Origin: Podarcis vaucheri
Taxonomy: Eukaryota
Direction: 5' to 3' (one strand)
Assembly (NCBI GenBank): GCA_965113315.1
Contig: OZ220376.1
DNA: 64,000 nt
How positions within the stretch are numbered: the stretch's first letter is position 1; each line of letters opens with the position of its first letter. The translations under genes and the position numbers were made by a program. Under the pieces are notes generated by a model, which saw only the letters and a list, made by a program, of their open reading frames with translations, searched no databases and had not been told where the DNA came from. Below, one piece after another: positions 10,621-24,158 of this stretch.

Positions 10621-13231
10621 CAGTGAAGACTGTGAAATGAAACTCCCTTCCTAGGGAAATTTTAGCAGTCTCTTCTGCTTTCTGGAGTTAGGTAGACACT
10701 TTAACACTTTACTTGGCCTTTGGAAATGCAGTAAGACCTGCACTAACAGTTGAAACTTTCATACTCTCCCTAGTATTTCCCTTGAGCTGCTGCCAGTCTC
10801 CTCTGCAAGCAATTTAGCATGATGAGAGGTCCTATCTCCTAGGCTGCTGAAGCTTCTTGGAGATATGCAGCAGAAGTTGTGAACTTTATTGTTTGTTAGA
10901 TTTAGTTTTGCTCTGTACTTGTGTATTTAGATTATTTGTTTAGTAAGTATGAATTTACTAAGGGCTGTCCCTGTGTAGACTGCTCATCAAATGCTCCTAC
11001 CTACCACTCCATTGTCAACCCTCTCCCTTTACATTTCACCCAAAGTATCTGTTCCCCTATCCCCTCACAACTTGCCCAACCCCACTTCCCCATAGCACAC
11101 CCCAAAATCTCTTCCCCCATCCCCTTACAGCTCCTCCATCCCAGTACTCCTCCCGCCACTGCTGCAACTGGTGGTGGGAGGGGAATGAAGGGGAGAAAAG
11201 TCTTATTCCCCTTTGTCCCGTGCACCTTTGCAAGTTTCCTTCTGGCAGTGGCAGGGGGAGGATGAAGGACAGAAAATATTTCTTCTCTTCATTCCCCTCC
11301 CTGTTGCCAATGCTCATGTCAACAGCAACAGGAGGAGAATGGGAAGGCCTGCTTGCTCACACTGATGGTCTGGTCACTCATGCCACCTGCCTGGCCTGCA
11401 GGCCAGCCTAACCTACTCCAATATCCCTTGTATTCTAACATTAGGAATTATTTTGTTGCCTTGGTGGTCCTGGCATTATCCAAGAGTGACAAATTGAAAT
11501 GGCTATGAATGAACCAATAATACTTTGATTGAAATGATAAGAATAAGAATAATTAATAAAATGCAAAGGTCATAGATCTTTTTGCTAAAGACTAGTGTAC
11601 TTTTTTTTACTCCCTGCCAGACAAATATTATAAAGTCTCTTGAGTTTTCAAAAGTAAGTTGATAACATCACTCATGGGAATATTGTTTGATGGATAAAAG
11701 TAGAGTGAGAAAATATTAGTTTGCTGCATGGAGGTAGTTTCTGAATTCATTGGCTTGTGGCCTGTGAAAACAATGTTCCTTTTTCATTAGGGATGTGTTT
11801 AATATGTGCTTGAACGATTAAAGAGCATTATCATTCTATATGCATTTTAAATATATATTTGAATAGGAACAATTGTGGTATTACAGCCTGTAATTACATT
11901 TAAATTCTGACCCTACACTTTTGGAGGACAAATTGGAGGCTAATGGAGTGTCAGTTGTTTCCTCCCTGTGCAGGTCATTGCTGAAAGATAAAACATCACA
12001 GGCATTTTTCTGCTTGGTGCCATGGATGATCTTTGAGCAATTCTGCATCCAGTAAACATACTTCTGTACTTCTTATGAACTAGTCCCTGTAGATGTTGTG
12101 TGGAAAACCCCACATCAGCAGTTGCAAACATAAAAAGGTAAAAATGCTGTGGCTGAAGGCTGTAGCTTGAGGCGATAATAGCAGAGTTGGTATGTTTTAA
12201 TTGTGCTGATTCGGCAGGAACCAAACAACTTCAGTTTATTGATTAAGTAAGCCTGTTTTAAAGACCCAGGTTTAAGGAACATAGTCTTGTTTGTTTTAAA
12301 AAAGCAGGGATCTGTTTTCATTGGCAACTTACAAAGGACGTTTATCATCCAAAGCACACTCAGCATAGCAGTTGTGTTTTACATTTTTTTAAATTGTGAC
12401 ATTCTTTAGAAACACCATCTGCAAAATATTTCTGTATGTAGATCATGTATGAATTGATTAAATCATTATATAGTATTTAAGGTCCTAGTATATGGGTAGC
12501 TATTTAGACACTTAAGTCAACCAAAAAATAAAAAGCATGTTTTTACTTGGCATTACATTTCTAAACCATGGACTCCAAAATGAGAGTACGGTAATTCATT
12601 TCAGAGTGTTCAGCAAGGAGGAAAACAATTTTAAACAGTTAATTCAAAGTACAAGTTAGAGGAGATATGGGGGGGATTGAGTGCAATTTATCTGGTGATT
12701 TAACATCTGTCTGATAGCCAAAAAGTCATTTGAAAACAGTAGGAATTCTCTTTGATGCAAGTAACTTAAAAAGAAGACTACAACAGAGTAGAAAACTGTA
12801 ATTCTTTTGTAAAAATAATAGTTCATGTCACTTGAAAACACAACTATAGTAAAATTTGGCATGGCTGTTGCAGCACCATAGCAACCTCCGCTGGCTCCTG
12901 GGTTGGACCAAAGTTGTTGAGCCTTTTTTAGGAAATCAAAATTGATGAGCTTTTTTTTTTTTTAAGAGCACCTGCCAATTCACTGATAATGAATATTTCT
13001 CAAGACTCTTTTTTCAATTGTTTCTTAGGTTCACTTTGTGGTTTTAAGTAGATGTTTAATAAGCTGTAGAAATGCATTAAGATTGTGTTCACAGTCATAA
13101 AGCCACACTCATCAGAGAGCTGGGATGGGTTGTGGCTATTAAATGTACACTTGGTGGCAAACTTGGACTTCTGTTGTATGACACAGCTCACTTAAGCTGC
13201 AGCAGTGAGTGACTGATCCTGGTTCATTACA

Positions 13232-13595
13232 GCTCCTTTTTGGGCAAGGTGTTTGGGAAGGTAGTAGTGGTCCAACTTCACACATGCTTGGAGGAAGCTG
13301 ATTACTTGGATCCATCCCAGTCTGGTTTCAAGCCTGGCCATGGCACTGAAACTGCTTTGATTGGCTGCGGTTGATAGCATTTATTGGGAGAGAGTGAGCC
13401 TGCTTGTTTTCCTTGATCTCTCATGGGCTTTTGATACCACAGAGGCGTCTCAGATAGGTGGGGGTTGTGCCCACTGTAATTCAGTGGTTCCACTCCTACC
13501 TCTTGGTCTGTTTCCAGAAAATAAGCATGGGAGGTTACTGTTCAGCACCATGTGAGCTGTCCTGTGTATCCCACAGGATTCCATCTTGTACTCAA
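13232..13595 (+). mobile_element. L2 LINE RT fragment (internally deleted)
   Basis: Translates ..VQLHTCLEEADYLDPSQSGFKPGHGTETALI..VSLLVFLDLSWAFDT..PQDSIL, the start of an L2 RT domain. Confidence 0.85.
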
Positions 13596-16500
13596 GGGTG
13601 ATCCAGATATTCACACTGCAAGACACAGAACACGTGGGCCACAAACTAAATTAAATTTCTATATCATAAATTAAGGAGTTATTATTTAATATACACAATT
13701 AATATAGTTAATTGAGAATACACACACAATTAATAGTTTTAATATTTTTATTTATTAAACAAAATTTAATACGCAGACAGATATATGGGGTAGTTTGTCC
13801 ACTTTTGGTCCACACCTTGCACTCAGCTCTCACCTGTGGCTCCTAGAAGGTGCCAGAATGTGGCAGGAGCCACATCTCAGGAAATGTGAGTTTGACTCAT
13901 TTTTGCAGAGGTTTGATTTAGTACAAGCCCAGTTGCTATCCTTAGGATAGCAAGACTGTTTTGGTTAAAAAGAAGAGTGATTTGTGAACTTCCTTTGGAA
14001 GGAAAAGTCCCACCTCCTCCACTGCCTAAAACTTTTGGGGGAAAGCTGGGACACATGATAGACACAACATCATTTTGAACTAAATGTGCATACATTTTTT
14101 TATCCTTATTATTAAAAATAGAATTACAATGCTACTATGGCTGTCAATTGCTTGGCAGGTATTGGTTTCCAGGGCAAGCACTGGTTGGAGTGCTGGTGCA
14201 TGTGAACTTTGAGAGACAGCTATGAACTGCCTGCCAATTAGTGTACCCTAAGAAAACTATTTTTGGGGGAACTTCAATATAGAGAGCTGTAAAACAGAAT
14301 ATTGTAGTATGTAGTATACTATAGCCAGACTGCAACATCTAATGATATCCTTCTCTGTCTTTCCTTTGAACATCAGGGTTCCTCCCCTTCCATATGCTGC
14401 ATCACAAAAGGCTTTTTAAAATCCTCACACTTTCAAGAGCAGTTTGCATGCAAAATAGGTAAGGCTTGAGAAATACAATTCAAAAGCCATCAGGTACATG
14501 AAGGTAGTTGGGTGGGTCTTTGGATCTCGGCCTATATGGATCATGATATAATCTCTGTTTGTAGCATCACATACACTGCTTCCTCTTAAAATCATGTTGA
14601 TGTAAACTGTTTGTGTGTGAGACAGATGATGCAAAACCCTATTCTGTAACCGAAATGATGCTGGTTGTACTCTTTGTAGTAAGAACACAGAAACTGTGTA
14701 GTGTATTAAAACAAAGCCTTGGGTGCAAGGTTTTTTGGGGTGGTATAGATGGTGGAAGAATATATTATGATATACAATCTTTTGAGTAGAATTTCCTCCA
14801 GTGTGCATTAGATGGTGAGCAATCTGCTGAGCTTAGGTTTTTTTTAGCTGCTTTTAATGATAATTTAGCACATTAGCTTTTATAACAGATGTAGAATGCT
14901 ATATTGTTCTGTTGCTAGTATTTTATATTGGTAGAAGCATATACACAAAAATCTAATTGCTTACTCCAAAAGGAATTTTGCCATCCATTGCAAATCATAA
15001 TGGAGGTAGATGGTGTTCTATTACTTTTCTAGTAAAGCATTTCATCGTTCATACTTCTGCAGCCTGCAATTCTCAGCTTATCGTTACTGCTTGTAAATAT
15101 TCAATTCTACAGAATGCTAGATAAAACCTTCAGAGCTTGGGGATATTCATATATCAATTTGTCTATCAACTCTTCAGTAACTAAATTGGGATACAAATCG
15201 GTTCAGTATATGAACAGATTGAAGAGGTCTGGTTTTTCTTCTTCTTCACTTCTTCTTAAATTCAAGCCCACATTTATTATCCAATAAAGTGTTCTAATAT
15301 TACTTTATGTAACTGTGTAGGGGTAAAATTGGTTTTGTCTAAGGAATATTACTTTCTGTTGGAAAAAGGTATGCTCATTTTTCCCAGACAAAAGAAGTCT
15401 GGCCATCATAAGTGTTTGTTACAAGTGAAGATAGCTCCTGTGGTGACAGCAAGTGACAGACTTAATAACACTCCTGACTTTAAAGTTACCATTTTTACTT
15501 GGTATAGCTCAAGCTTTTGAAAAGTGACAAAGCTCTGGCTCTTTCCTTGATGTAATTTTCAAGAGGAACCTTGACTGCAACCTGTAGTTTGAAAGTTATG
15601 CTTCTTTCTTTGTTAGAAATAGATCAGTAGGTTGCAAATGCACACAAATTTTTCTTTTGCTTTGTGCACACTAGTCAAATTACTATCTGAGGGGTAAACC
15701 GATTTAGCAGGTGAAGAACATACTATTGTTAATAGGGATGTTTATGTCCCAGTAATGCTGTGAAGGACTTGAAAAGCATAGTTTGTTAATAGGGAAAATA
15801 TGCCTTGTGGGCAGAATTCTATTGGTTCTAAAGTTTTGTGCTCTATTGGATACACCAAGAGAACCAAACAAAAGTATTTCTCCTTGCTATATAAAGCAAT
15901 CCTTTGAGAAACTGGCTTTTTAAAATATTGCAGAGACACAGGATACCTGTGTTTTCTTAACAATGGTCAGGTTCCAAAGAGTCCTTTAGATCAGGAATGG
16001 ACAGAAGGTTGATTTGAATTCTTAGGCGTCCTGACCCCATGGGATAGGTGGTACAAGAAGACTTGGCCAGTTTGGTCCTGCAGGAATCTCCCACCATTGA
16101 TCAATTTATTTTAGTCACTGCATATTTGCCTATATGGTTTCTGTGGGCCTTTACATTCCATAGAGTGCAATGAGGGAAATTGCTCACTTAGATCAGAAGA
16201 CGGTTCAGCTGACTGTGCAAGAATACCAAAATCTTGACCAAAGTATCACTAAAGCCATTGTAACAATACTGGAACCCTAAGAGTGTATTCCTTGAGCAGT
16301 GGAACAAGAACTTATGAACTGTGATATAGCAACACGTTTTGCATATAACCAGGAGTTTGGTTGTAAAACTGGTTTGGGTGCATATTTCACATATTCATTT
16401 GTTTCCAATATACAATACTATTTTCAAGTGAAATGAGATATTTTTTTAAAAGAGTCTTCTAGGGGAGCAAGTCTATTACGCTAATAAAAATGATACTGTG

Positions 16501-16964
16501 CAAACCTATTAATAAGACTTCATCAGCCACATTCTACATCTGATTGCTTGTTTTATGCAAAATCTTTCCAGATTTTCAACAAAGCAGCAGATGACAAAAT
16601 TGTTCCCAAATGGTTCTAGAGACTCTGGTACTAAAATACTGTATGGGGCTATGTCTTTACAATTACCATTTAAATAGGAAATTCTGATCCAGGGCATGGT
16701 ATTTATTCAGAACCTCATTTAACAGGGCAACCCCTTTGGTGAATTTTTTTTTTCATGCAAAATGATTGTTCATGCTATTTTTCTTAAGGTGACATTCATC
16801 TAGGAAAAGATGGCTGTACCTTATGCAAGAGTCAGTCAAAGTCCCAATAAGTGATTTATTTGAAAAGAAATAGATTTAAGAAAACTGAAGGTCTATTTCT
16901 TTCTTTCTTTCTTTTTTGACTAGGTGTCAGTATTCTAAGAAATGTGAAATAGAATTGGAGTTAT

Positions 16965-17086
16965 TTATTTATTTTATTTACATAATTTATATTTTGTACC
17001 TTCAATATAGATTTATATTCTCAGGGCAGCTAACAGTCTTCTAAGAAACAAAGAATACAAATAAAAATAACCACCATAGTAATAAC

Positions 17087-17123
<37 letters not shown>

Positions 17124-17180
17124 GCATACAAATTAATACAGCAAATTAAACTAAACAGGCAATTTAAACAGATGATAAAA
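16965..17180 (-). mobile_element. L2/SINE 3' tail with (TAA)n microsatellite
   Basis: (attt)n tail on +, ctcagggcagctaaca terminal motif, and (taa)n at ~17080-17122. Confidence 0.5.
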
Positions 17181-19344
17181 TAAAACTAAAATATAGTTCT
17201 AAAGAATGCTTACATTAGCTTAAATAGGATGACAGTTGTGCTACGTCTTAGTATGTCCCACTAAGGTCAGTGATGGGCAAATGTATTGTTTGCTACACAA
17301 TCTGGCAGTGCAATGCCATGTTTGTATTCCAATAGATTTTTCATTAATTTTCATTAGTTGCTGAGTCTTACTGATATCGTTACTGTTCATTTAAAGTAGT
17401 ATAATTGTAGATATTAAAATGCTGATGCTATATATTTTATCACTGGTTTTGTACTCAGCCTTGTGAGGGCATTTGTCTTGAAAGGTGAGGTATAAATCTT
17501 TTAATATGCACACAAATAAATGTGACCCATAGGCTACAAAACATAGCAGCAGGCAGGGAGTGGAGGGAAGTGTCACCTTGAGGCTGATTATTACTGTTGT
17601 GCCACTATAATCTCTTGATTGTTGCCCCTCTCTTAAAAACCCCCAAACAGTAATGCAAGATCAAATCCCTGACCAATCAAGATATTTAATGACAGTTAAA
17701 CTATTATCATGAAGCTCCTGATTCACATGATATGGTAAGCCCCAAACGATGGCTTAGTGGAAGCACACAAATGTGCATGTTCCTAGAGAGGCACTTGCAG
17801 CTGCTTTCCTCCTCCATGACCCTCTTCTTTCTGTCCCTCACTGAGCTAAACCAAGGCTTGGTACATCATGGTACATCCACCCTGGGCCCTTCTTCATTAT
17901 CCAAGAGTTTGTTCTTGTTTACAGCTAGTGTTAGAGAGGTGCTTGACCGCAAGCCCAGGACCAGAGAACAAACTAAGTCAAACCTTGGCTTAGATCAGCG
18001 AGTCACAGGAATAAAATAAAATTAAAAAATGACTGGGGAGCAACAGAGTGGCTGAAGGCTCCCTTGTGTGTAGAAAATTACCCAGTAGCTCTAAACTTAA
18101 ATCTATGAACAGCAAAGGGAAATGTCCCTAATTTACAAGAAAGCACAAAACAACTCTCTATTTACTTGCTATTTATATGGTGAGCTGTGAGTAGAACACT
18201 TCTGGGATAGAAGGAAATGATAGAATATGCAATGATATATTTCTCTTAGCTTTTATTGAATGGAGGAGTTTTTATGTGAGCCCTTCTATATCAATCTTAC
18301 ATATAAAATACTTGATTGTCCAATTACTGCATTTGTGTTTTTCTGTCATTAGCTATATACTTTTATCCAGTGAACAAGTCAGCCATTAAGCAGCAGGTAG
18401 CAAAAATGATACATGAAATTTGGGAAGACATTTGTGTGAGTGACATATTGTGGGTGATGTGACATGAAGCAGGAAGATAGATGCTCAATCAATATGGTTA
18501 TGAACTTATTGATCCAGGCTCCTGAACTACACCCTTCTTATTTTAAGCATCTTTACTTAAGAAATACTAGTATCTGTTCCTTAACTACAGTAAGAGCCAA
18601 TCCATTTTCTTCTTTCTTTGCGAAGCGATTCTAATGATAGTTTCTTTATACCTCACTACTTCATGTCATTCAACCAGAACAGTGTACAGCAATTTACTTA
18701 CGCTTCCTATTTGACAATAATGGTGTATACTGAACAAATTAGCGCTGGCCATGGTTGTATCAAATGGTCATTGGTTGAACACAATGAGCAGGGCAAACAC
18801 TTGATGCAAAGCATTCTACTGTCATGGTCAGTCCAGCATCTGGTAAAGTTTGGGGTGGTGGTGATAGTTCCTCCCTGCAAGAGTGATGGGCCCATTTGGA
18901 TGGTCCACCTCACCCAAAGACTAATAGAATCATATCGTTTCCTTAAAATGCAATATGAGTGCAGCATAGCTTGAATGCTTAAGTGTTGCCATTGTTGCTA
19001 TTATTCTTTAGTATGTGATATCCAACCTACAAGATGAAATAGGAGCGAGCCATTTTTAGGGGATCTTTGCCCTTAGAAACCCTGGTTTGGCATTTGAGAA
19101 TAATAAACACAGTGAGCCTGTCATTCTCAGTAGCTTTGGCATATTTTGCAGAAGGTTGTGACAAGGTATTTCCAGCAATGCCTCTTTTTCTGCTTCATTG
19201 TCTCATCATTGATGCTGCAACACAGTACATGTTTCAGAAGACTCTGCTTTTCTGGATAGGTAGAAGAGGCATTCAAGTAGCAAGAGTTAAAAGGAAGGAA
19301 CTGAATGCTCAGATTCCTGCTAGTCACTTACAGGCCCAATCCTG

Positions 19345-19781
19345 GCCTGACTGCAGTGGCTGCCAATTAGTTTTGGGGCCCAACTCAAAGTGCTGGTTTT
19401 GACCTATAGAGCCTTAAACGGCTCAGGACCAAGGTACCTCAAGGACTGCCTCTCCACATATGAACTGACCTGGACCCTGCGATCATCATCTGAGGCCTTT
19501 CTTCATGTGAGAGGTCTGGAGGATGGCAGCATGATAATGGGACTTTTCAATGGTGGCTCCCCCCTTATGGAATGCTCTTCCTAGGGAGGCTTGCCTGGCA
19601 CCTTTATTAAGTGTCTTTAGACTCCAGGCAAAAGCATTCCTCTTCTCCCAAGCCTTTGGCTAATTACAAAAAATCTATGGCCTTTTAAACTGTATATGTG
19701 GGGTTCATTGTTATTTTTTGTTATTATGTTATATATTTTTGAGTTTTTATATTGTAAACTGCCCTGTGATCTTTGGATGAA
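19345..19781 (+). mobile_element. L2 LINE ORF2 C-terminus and 3'UTR
   Basis: LQWLPI..KVLVLTYRALNGSGPRYLKDCLSTYELTWTLRSS is an L2 C-terminal motif; it is followed by the L2 3'UTR. Confidence 0.85.
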
Positions 19782-20729
19782 TTTTTCATTTGGAACTATT
19801 AAAGATACTGAGCAGATGTGATATAGTTTTCTAGGAAAATCCTGCTGCTGTGTTAGTTATCATTCATCCCTTTACATTAATTTTTTTGACTATTGAATAG
19901 TTTTTGTTTTGTTCTTTCATCCAGAGAATAATCAATACACAAATGCTCACTGGAGATTGAACAAAAGATGGATGTCTTCCAGAAAGAGATTTAATCAAGC
20001 AAGATATATATAAGCTAGTGGGGATGGCAGTTTTATCATTCCTTAGCCTTTCTGACTGACAGGTTAGTGCGAGAAAATGACATTACAGCTGAATATCTGT
20101 AAAATTTGAGTATTGCTTGATTGAAGACTTTATCAGGATTTAAATTAACCCTTGCTGTGAGTAGCTAAATAAGTCTGCCGTTCTCTCTCAGAGTCATTTT
20201 GTTTTGTCATACATACTCAAAACCATATCTATAAACAATCTGTAGGATTAGAGAAAAATAGGTTTAAATTTTTAATTATGTTAACTATGGCATAAAGATA
20301 ATAAGCCATCTGATCACTGTCTGTTTAAAGGCTAGAATGAAGCTCTGAGTGCAATATCCACTTGGCCATCTAACATTCTAATTATGTGTAGAAGGGAAGC
20401 AGTTGTTTAAATCACATTTTGATGTCTCTGAAGAGCATTTGTGCATTCATGGAATGTGTACTGCTCCTCAGTGAAACTCCCATGCAGTCAGTCTACCAGG
20501 AAACCATGTGCTGTGCTGCAGTTTGTCTACTGAGTTTTCTTAACAACAAGTGTGGTTTATTGAAATATTAGCCATGTTTAAAATACTTTTTTTTCTCTAA
20601 TGGCCCCTGCATGCAGACTGAGAAGTTTGTTTTCAAATTACTTGAAAACCAATTTACAGCCATTTCAGTCTTTCTTTACCCTTGCAAAACTTTGCATCTT
20701 GGTTAAAAGTTACATACTGAGTTGACTGT

Positions 20730-21088
20730 GGCCTGGTTCACATGCAGCATCAAGCCAGAGTTTAATATTTTAAACAAACTACAGTTTAAAGCTAGCAAGG
20801 AATGTGCTAGTGCATTCTACTCAATAGTGCTTGATTTGTTTCTCTTCTGCTCCTACCCATACCACACTGGGAAGAAAGAAACCAGAGTTTGACTCCTGGG
20901 CTTAGCACTGCATGCAGACGACCACTTATTATTGGTTTCTCCAAAGAAATCATGAGTGGTAAGCCAAGAATAAACATTGACTTCCAATTATGGTTTTTTT
21001 GAGAAGTGAACACTGTCTTGTTCATGTTAAGCCTCATTTTAAACAAACTATGGTTTATTTTAAACTAGCATTGTGTGCAAATGTAGCC
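20730..21088. mobile_element. Old PIF/Harbinger-type MITE
   Basis: Degenerate TIRs ggcctggttcacatgcagcat.. / ..gcattgtgtgcaaatgtagcc and repeated ttttaaacaaacta motifs; resembles the element at 28915. Confidence 0.5.
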
Positions 21089-21434
21089 AGTGTTTGAATT
21101 ATGAAAGCCAATGCAAGGGGGATTTGAATGAAATCCATAAACTCCGCCTTCTGGCCAAATTGTGATTTTTCTGTAGCATTCTAAAAACTGTAGCTAAGAA
21201 GACATCACAAATAAATAAGTGAGGACCTCCTCTGTGTCCCGCTCATAATAATTCAAACATACTTTGTTTTCTCTCAGTTTAAATGGAAACAACTGAAATA
21301 GTAAGTGGTTGTACTGTATATTCCTATTCATTAGTTTCTGAGCTGAAATGTTTGGAAGGCATTATACTATATCCTCTAGTAAATGGGCAATGATAATTAT
21401 TATTACAATTATCTCAACATGGTGAATATAGTCT

Positions 21435-21577
21435 TCTCCCCCATTTCATCCTTGCAACAACACTGTGAGAAAGAGGAGGACTGGCCCAGGGGCATCCAAG
21501 GAGGTTTGCGGCGAAGTGGGAATTTGAACCTGGGTCTCTCAGATTCTAGTAAAATCTCTATGCACTAACCCACACTG
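21435..21577 (-). mobile_element. MIR-like (Squam3-type) SINE fragment
   Basis: atccttgcaacaacactgtgag..gactggcccagg..gggaatttgaacctgggtctc is the reverse complement of a tRNA head plus core. Confidence 0.7.
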
Positions 21578-22427
21578 ACTGTACTGTATTTTGAAAGTAT
21601 TTCTATGGTTTAAGTGAAAGTTTAATGTAATTTTAACTAGCCTGAAGGAGATTATAACTTCGTTGAGCTTTAACACAATATACTTCTTTGGGTGACTATA
21701 GAATATGTGGAATTTAAACTCTTGTGATCTGAGCAAACAAAACGAGGTGAAATAACAAGCTGCAATAGTGCTGTTTATGGTGCAGCAAAATAGTTCATAG
21801 TGAAATTTTATTTCACTTTTCTGGGTGTCTGGTTTGTAGGGAAACTAGCCTCATATAACTAACATGCTTAAGTCTAATTAATGCATGAAGGAAGTAAGCT
21901 ATCCTGCAAAACTTAACTAGGTCACTCCCCCTCGCCTTGGGAGGGAAATCATCAAGCCTGTTGTTCTTCCTGGTCTACCAGAGAAGCTCAATGTGTGAAG
22001 AGGTTCTGAGCTGATTGCTCCAAGTTCAGACCACATGGCTCTAACAAGCCTTTCTTGAGAGTTCCTATACCAATAATTTAGACACTTCATCACTGTGACT
22101 AAGCCAAGTTTTCTGACTCATGTATGGACACATGAACCTGACCTTTGAAGAGCTTGTAAATTAACCATTTTTTTTGGCCTTTTTCTATGCTAGGGGAAGA
22201 CGGGAACTTTGGAAGTACCAGAAGGGCATATTTGGGGGGAGCAACAATCTAAGGGGACACTTTTGGAACTCACAAGAACACATATATTAAAGGTCTAACA
22301 GCCTATATTCCCATGCTTTACATTGCTGCATATTTTGTGATTTTAAATCAAAGAATACTTGCCCCAAACCTGGATCTTGGCATCCAGGAATTCTCCTTTT
22401 ATGCCTATTTTTTCATGCATCCATGGA

Positions 22428-22660
22428 AGTGTGCAGTGTATAAAGTTTGGAGTAAGACTAGGAAAACCTGGATTCACACCACTGCTCAGCAATCTAGCTC
22501 ACTGAGTCAGTCACAATCTCTGTGTAAACTACTTTAAGTTTGTGTAAACTACTTTACACAGTAGTTACAAGGATAAAATGGGGTGTGGGGACCATGTGTG
22601 CTTATTTGAACTTCTTGGTGGAAAGGGAGGATATAATGTAGCAAATAGAATAAATAAAAA
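22428..22660 (+). mobile_element. MIR-like (Squam3-type) SINE
   Basis: Decayed tRNA head (gactaggaaaacctggattcaca), core ..ggataaaatgggg.. and L2-like tail ending aataaataaaaa; internal tgtgtaaactacttta duplication. Confidence 0.7.
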
Positions 22661-23559
22661 GTAGCATTTCCTCTCAATACACATGTGCATACTATTCACT
22701 TGATCCTATTCCTGAAGTTCATTATTATGATTATTTAGCACTTGTCTGTTTAGTAGGACCCATACCCAATTATTCTCCTTTTACTGGTTATTTCAAAGTA
22801 GTTTTCAAATGAAAGTTTTTGAAGAATGCAAAAAAAATTCTTGTTATCCATTGACCTTTTGCAGATTTGTGTTCCCTGTTCTGCTCTGTGATGACTTATG
22901 GATTCACTGAACAGTTTGCTTGAAGGCATTTTTCTTATACTAGCCATTGGCATGAAAAGGCCGCTTTGATCTTCAGAATATTTTAACTAAAAAGATTAAA
23001 AGCAAAGCTAGTGGGCATTTATTTTCTGTTGAAAGTGGGAGTTCTTTCTTTGTTCACCTCCTGCTCAGTTTGGTTTAAATAGCATCCCAACCCAGCTATA
23101 GACATGAATGGGAAGACCCATGTTGGAAGAAATGTGTCTCCTGCTGTCATGCATAGTTTGCCTTTGCTGTTTTAAAGGAAAGTCCATGTAAACACAGGTG
23201 CAGAGGTAAGAGACATTTGTAAACAGTTGGTCCGGAGGCCCATAAAATGCAAATGGATTAAAATATAGTGGAAGGTATAATTTGTCATAGCTTTGATGCA
23301 TTGCTGAAATGATCTGTTAAGAGGTGCCTCAGATATGTTAGAGGTTTCAAAAAGAAGCATTTACAGTCTGCCCCTTCATTCCTAACTTGACTTCAAAATA
23401 GTCAGAAAGGAGCCCTGGATAGTTGCTGTCCTTAATCTTGGTAAAAGCCAAATCTAAACTTTGAGCTGGTGTAGATGTTTATACCTAGGGAATGTTGAAG
23501 TATCTGGCCCTTCCAACTACCAGAATCAATGTCTCTGTTGTTCTCTAGAAAAAATTGCC

Positions 23560-24158
23560 CACCCCACAACATGCAAGCAGAGGCTCTTATTTGTAAGTAA
23601 GAAAGAGATTTTGACTGAGGCAAATAACAGGTTCAGCAGCAGACACAAGGCTTGGGAGTCATGGTTCAGGAGTTCCAGAGAAGGGGGGAAAGTTCAGAAC
23701 AGGATGGAAGCAACAATGACGTTTCAACAAGTTTCCATGTTCTGCCTGTGAAACTTTTAAAAGCAATGCTTGATTAACTCACTTGTGAGATTTACTCACC
23801 TTGTGGGAATGTCCAGCCTGCAAATGTGTCCTCTTCCTGGATGGGTGGGTCTTCTTCCACCTGCAAAGCAGTGCTGGTTCTAGGCAGCAAGATTGCATGC
23901 TTCTGTTGGAACTCCTGTTTGTTTCCTTCAGCCTCTGGCTCCACCATTCCTCTTGGCTGCTCAAAGCTCTCCGGAGCCCCCACTGAGGCTCTTCACTGTG
24001 CAGGAAATTTGGGGAGAGGTGGCAGTGGCATCCCTGCTCCCCCTTTCAGACTGGCTGTAGTTGGTGAGAAAAGAGATTTCCCCCCTCCTCTGACCCAGGT
24101 TTCTACCATGTAGCCCCCTCTCTGTTTCTACCTCCTCCTCTTGCGTCAGAGCCTGACA
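23560..24158 (-). mobile_element. Probable Gypsy-type LTR remnant
   Basis: Minus strand starts tgtcaggctctgacgcaagaggaggagg, followed by a purine-rich body and a tttaaaa TATA-like box. The other terminus and a TSD were not found. Confidence 0.45.

Noticed and set aside
14377-14458. Short open segment between cag| and |gtaagg
   Set aside because: The peptide is unrecognisable and no partner exons were found; expected by chance.
19925-20061. Exon-like segment with a polypyrimidine acceptor and gttagt donor
   Set aside because: Stops in all three frames; no evidence for a non-coding exon without RNA data.
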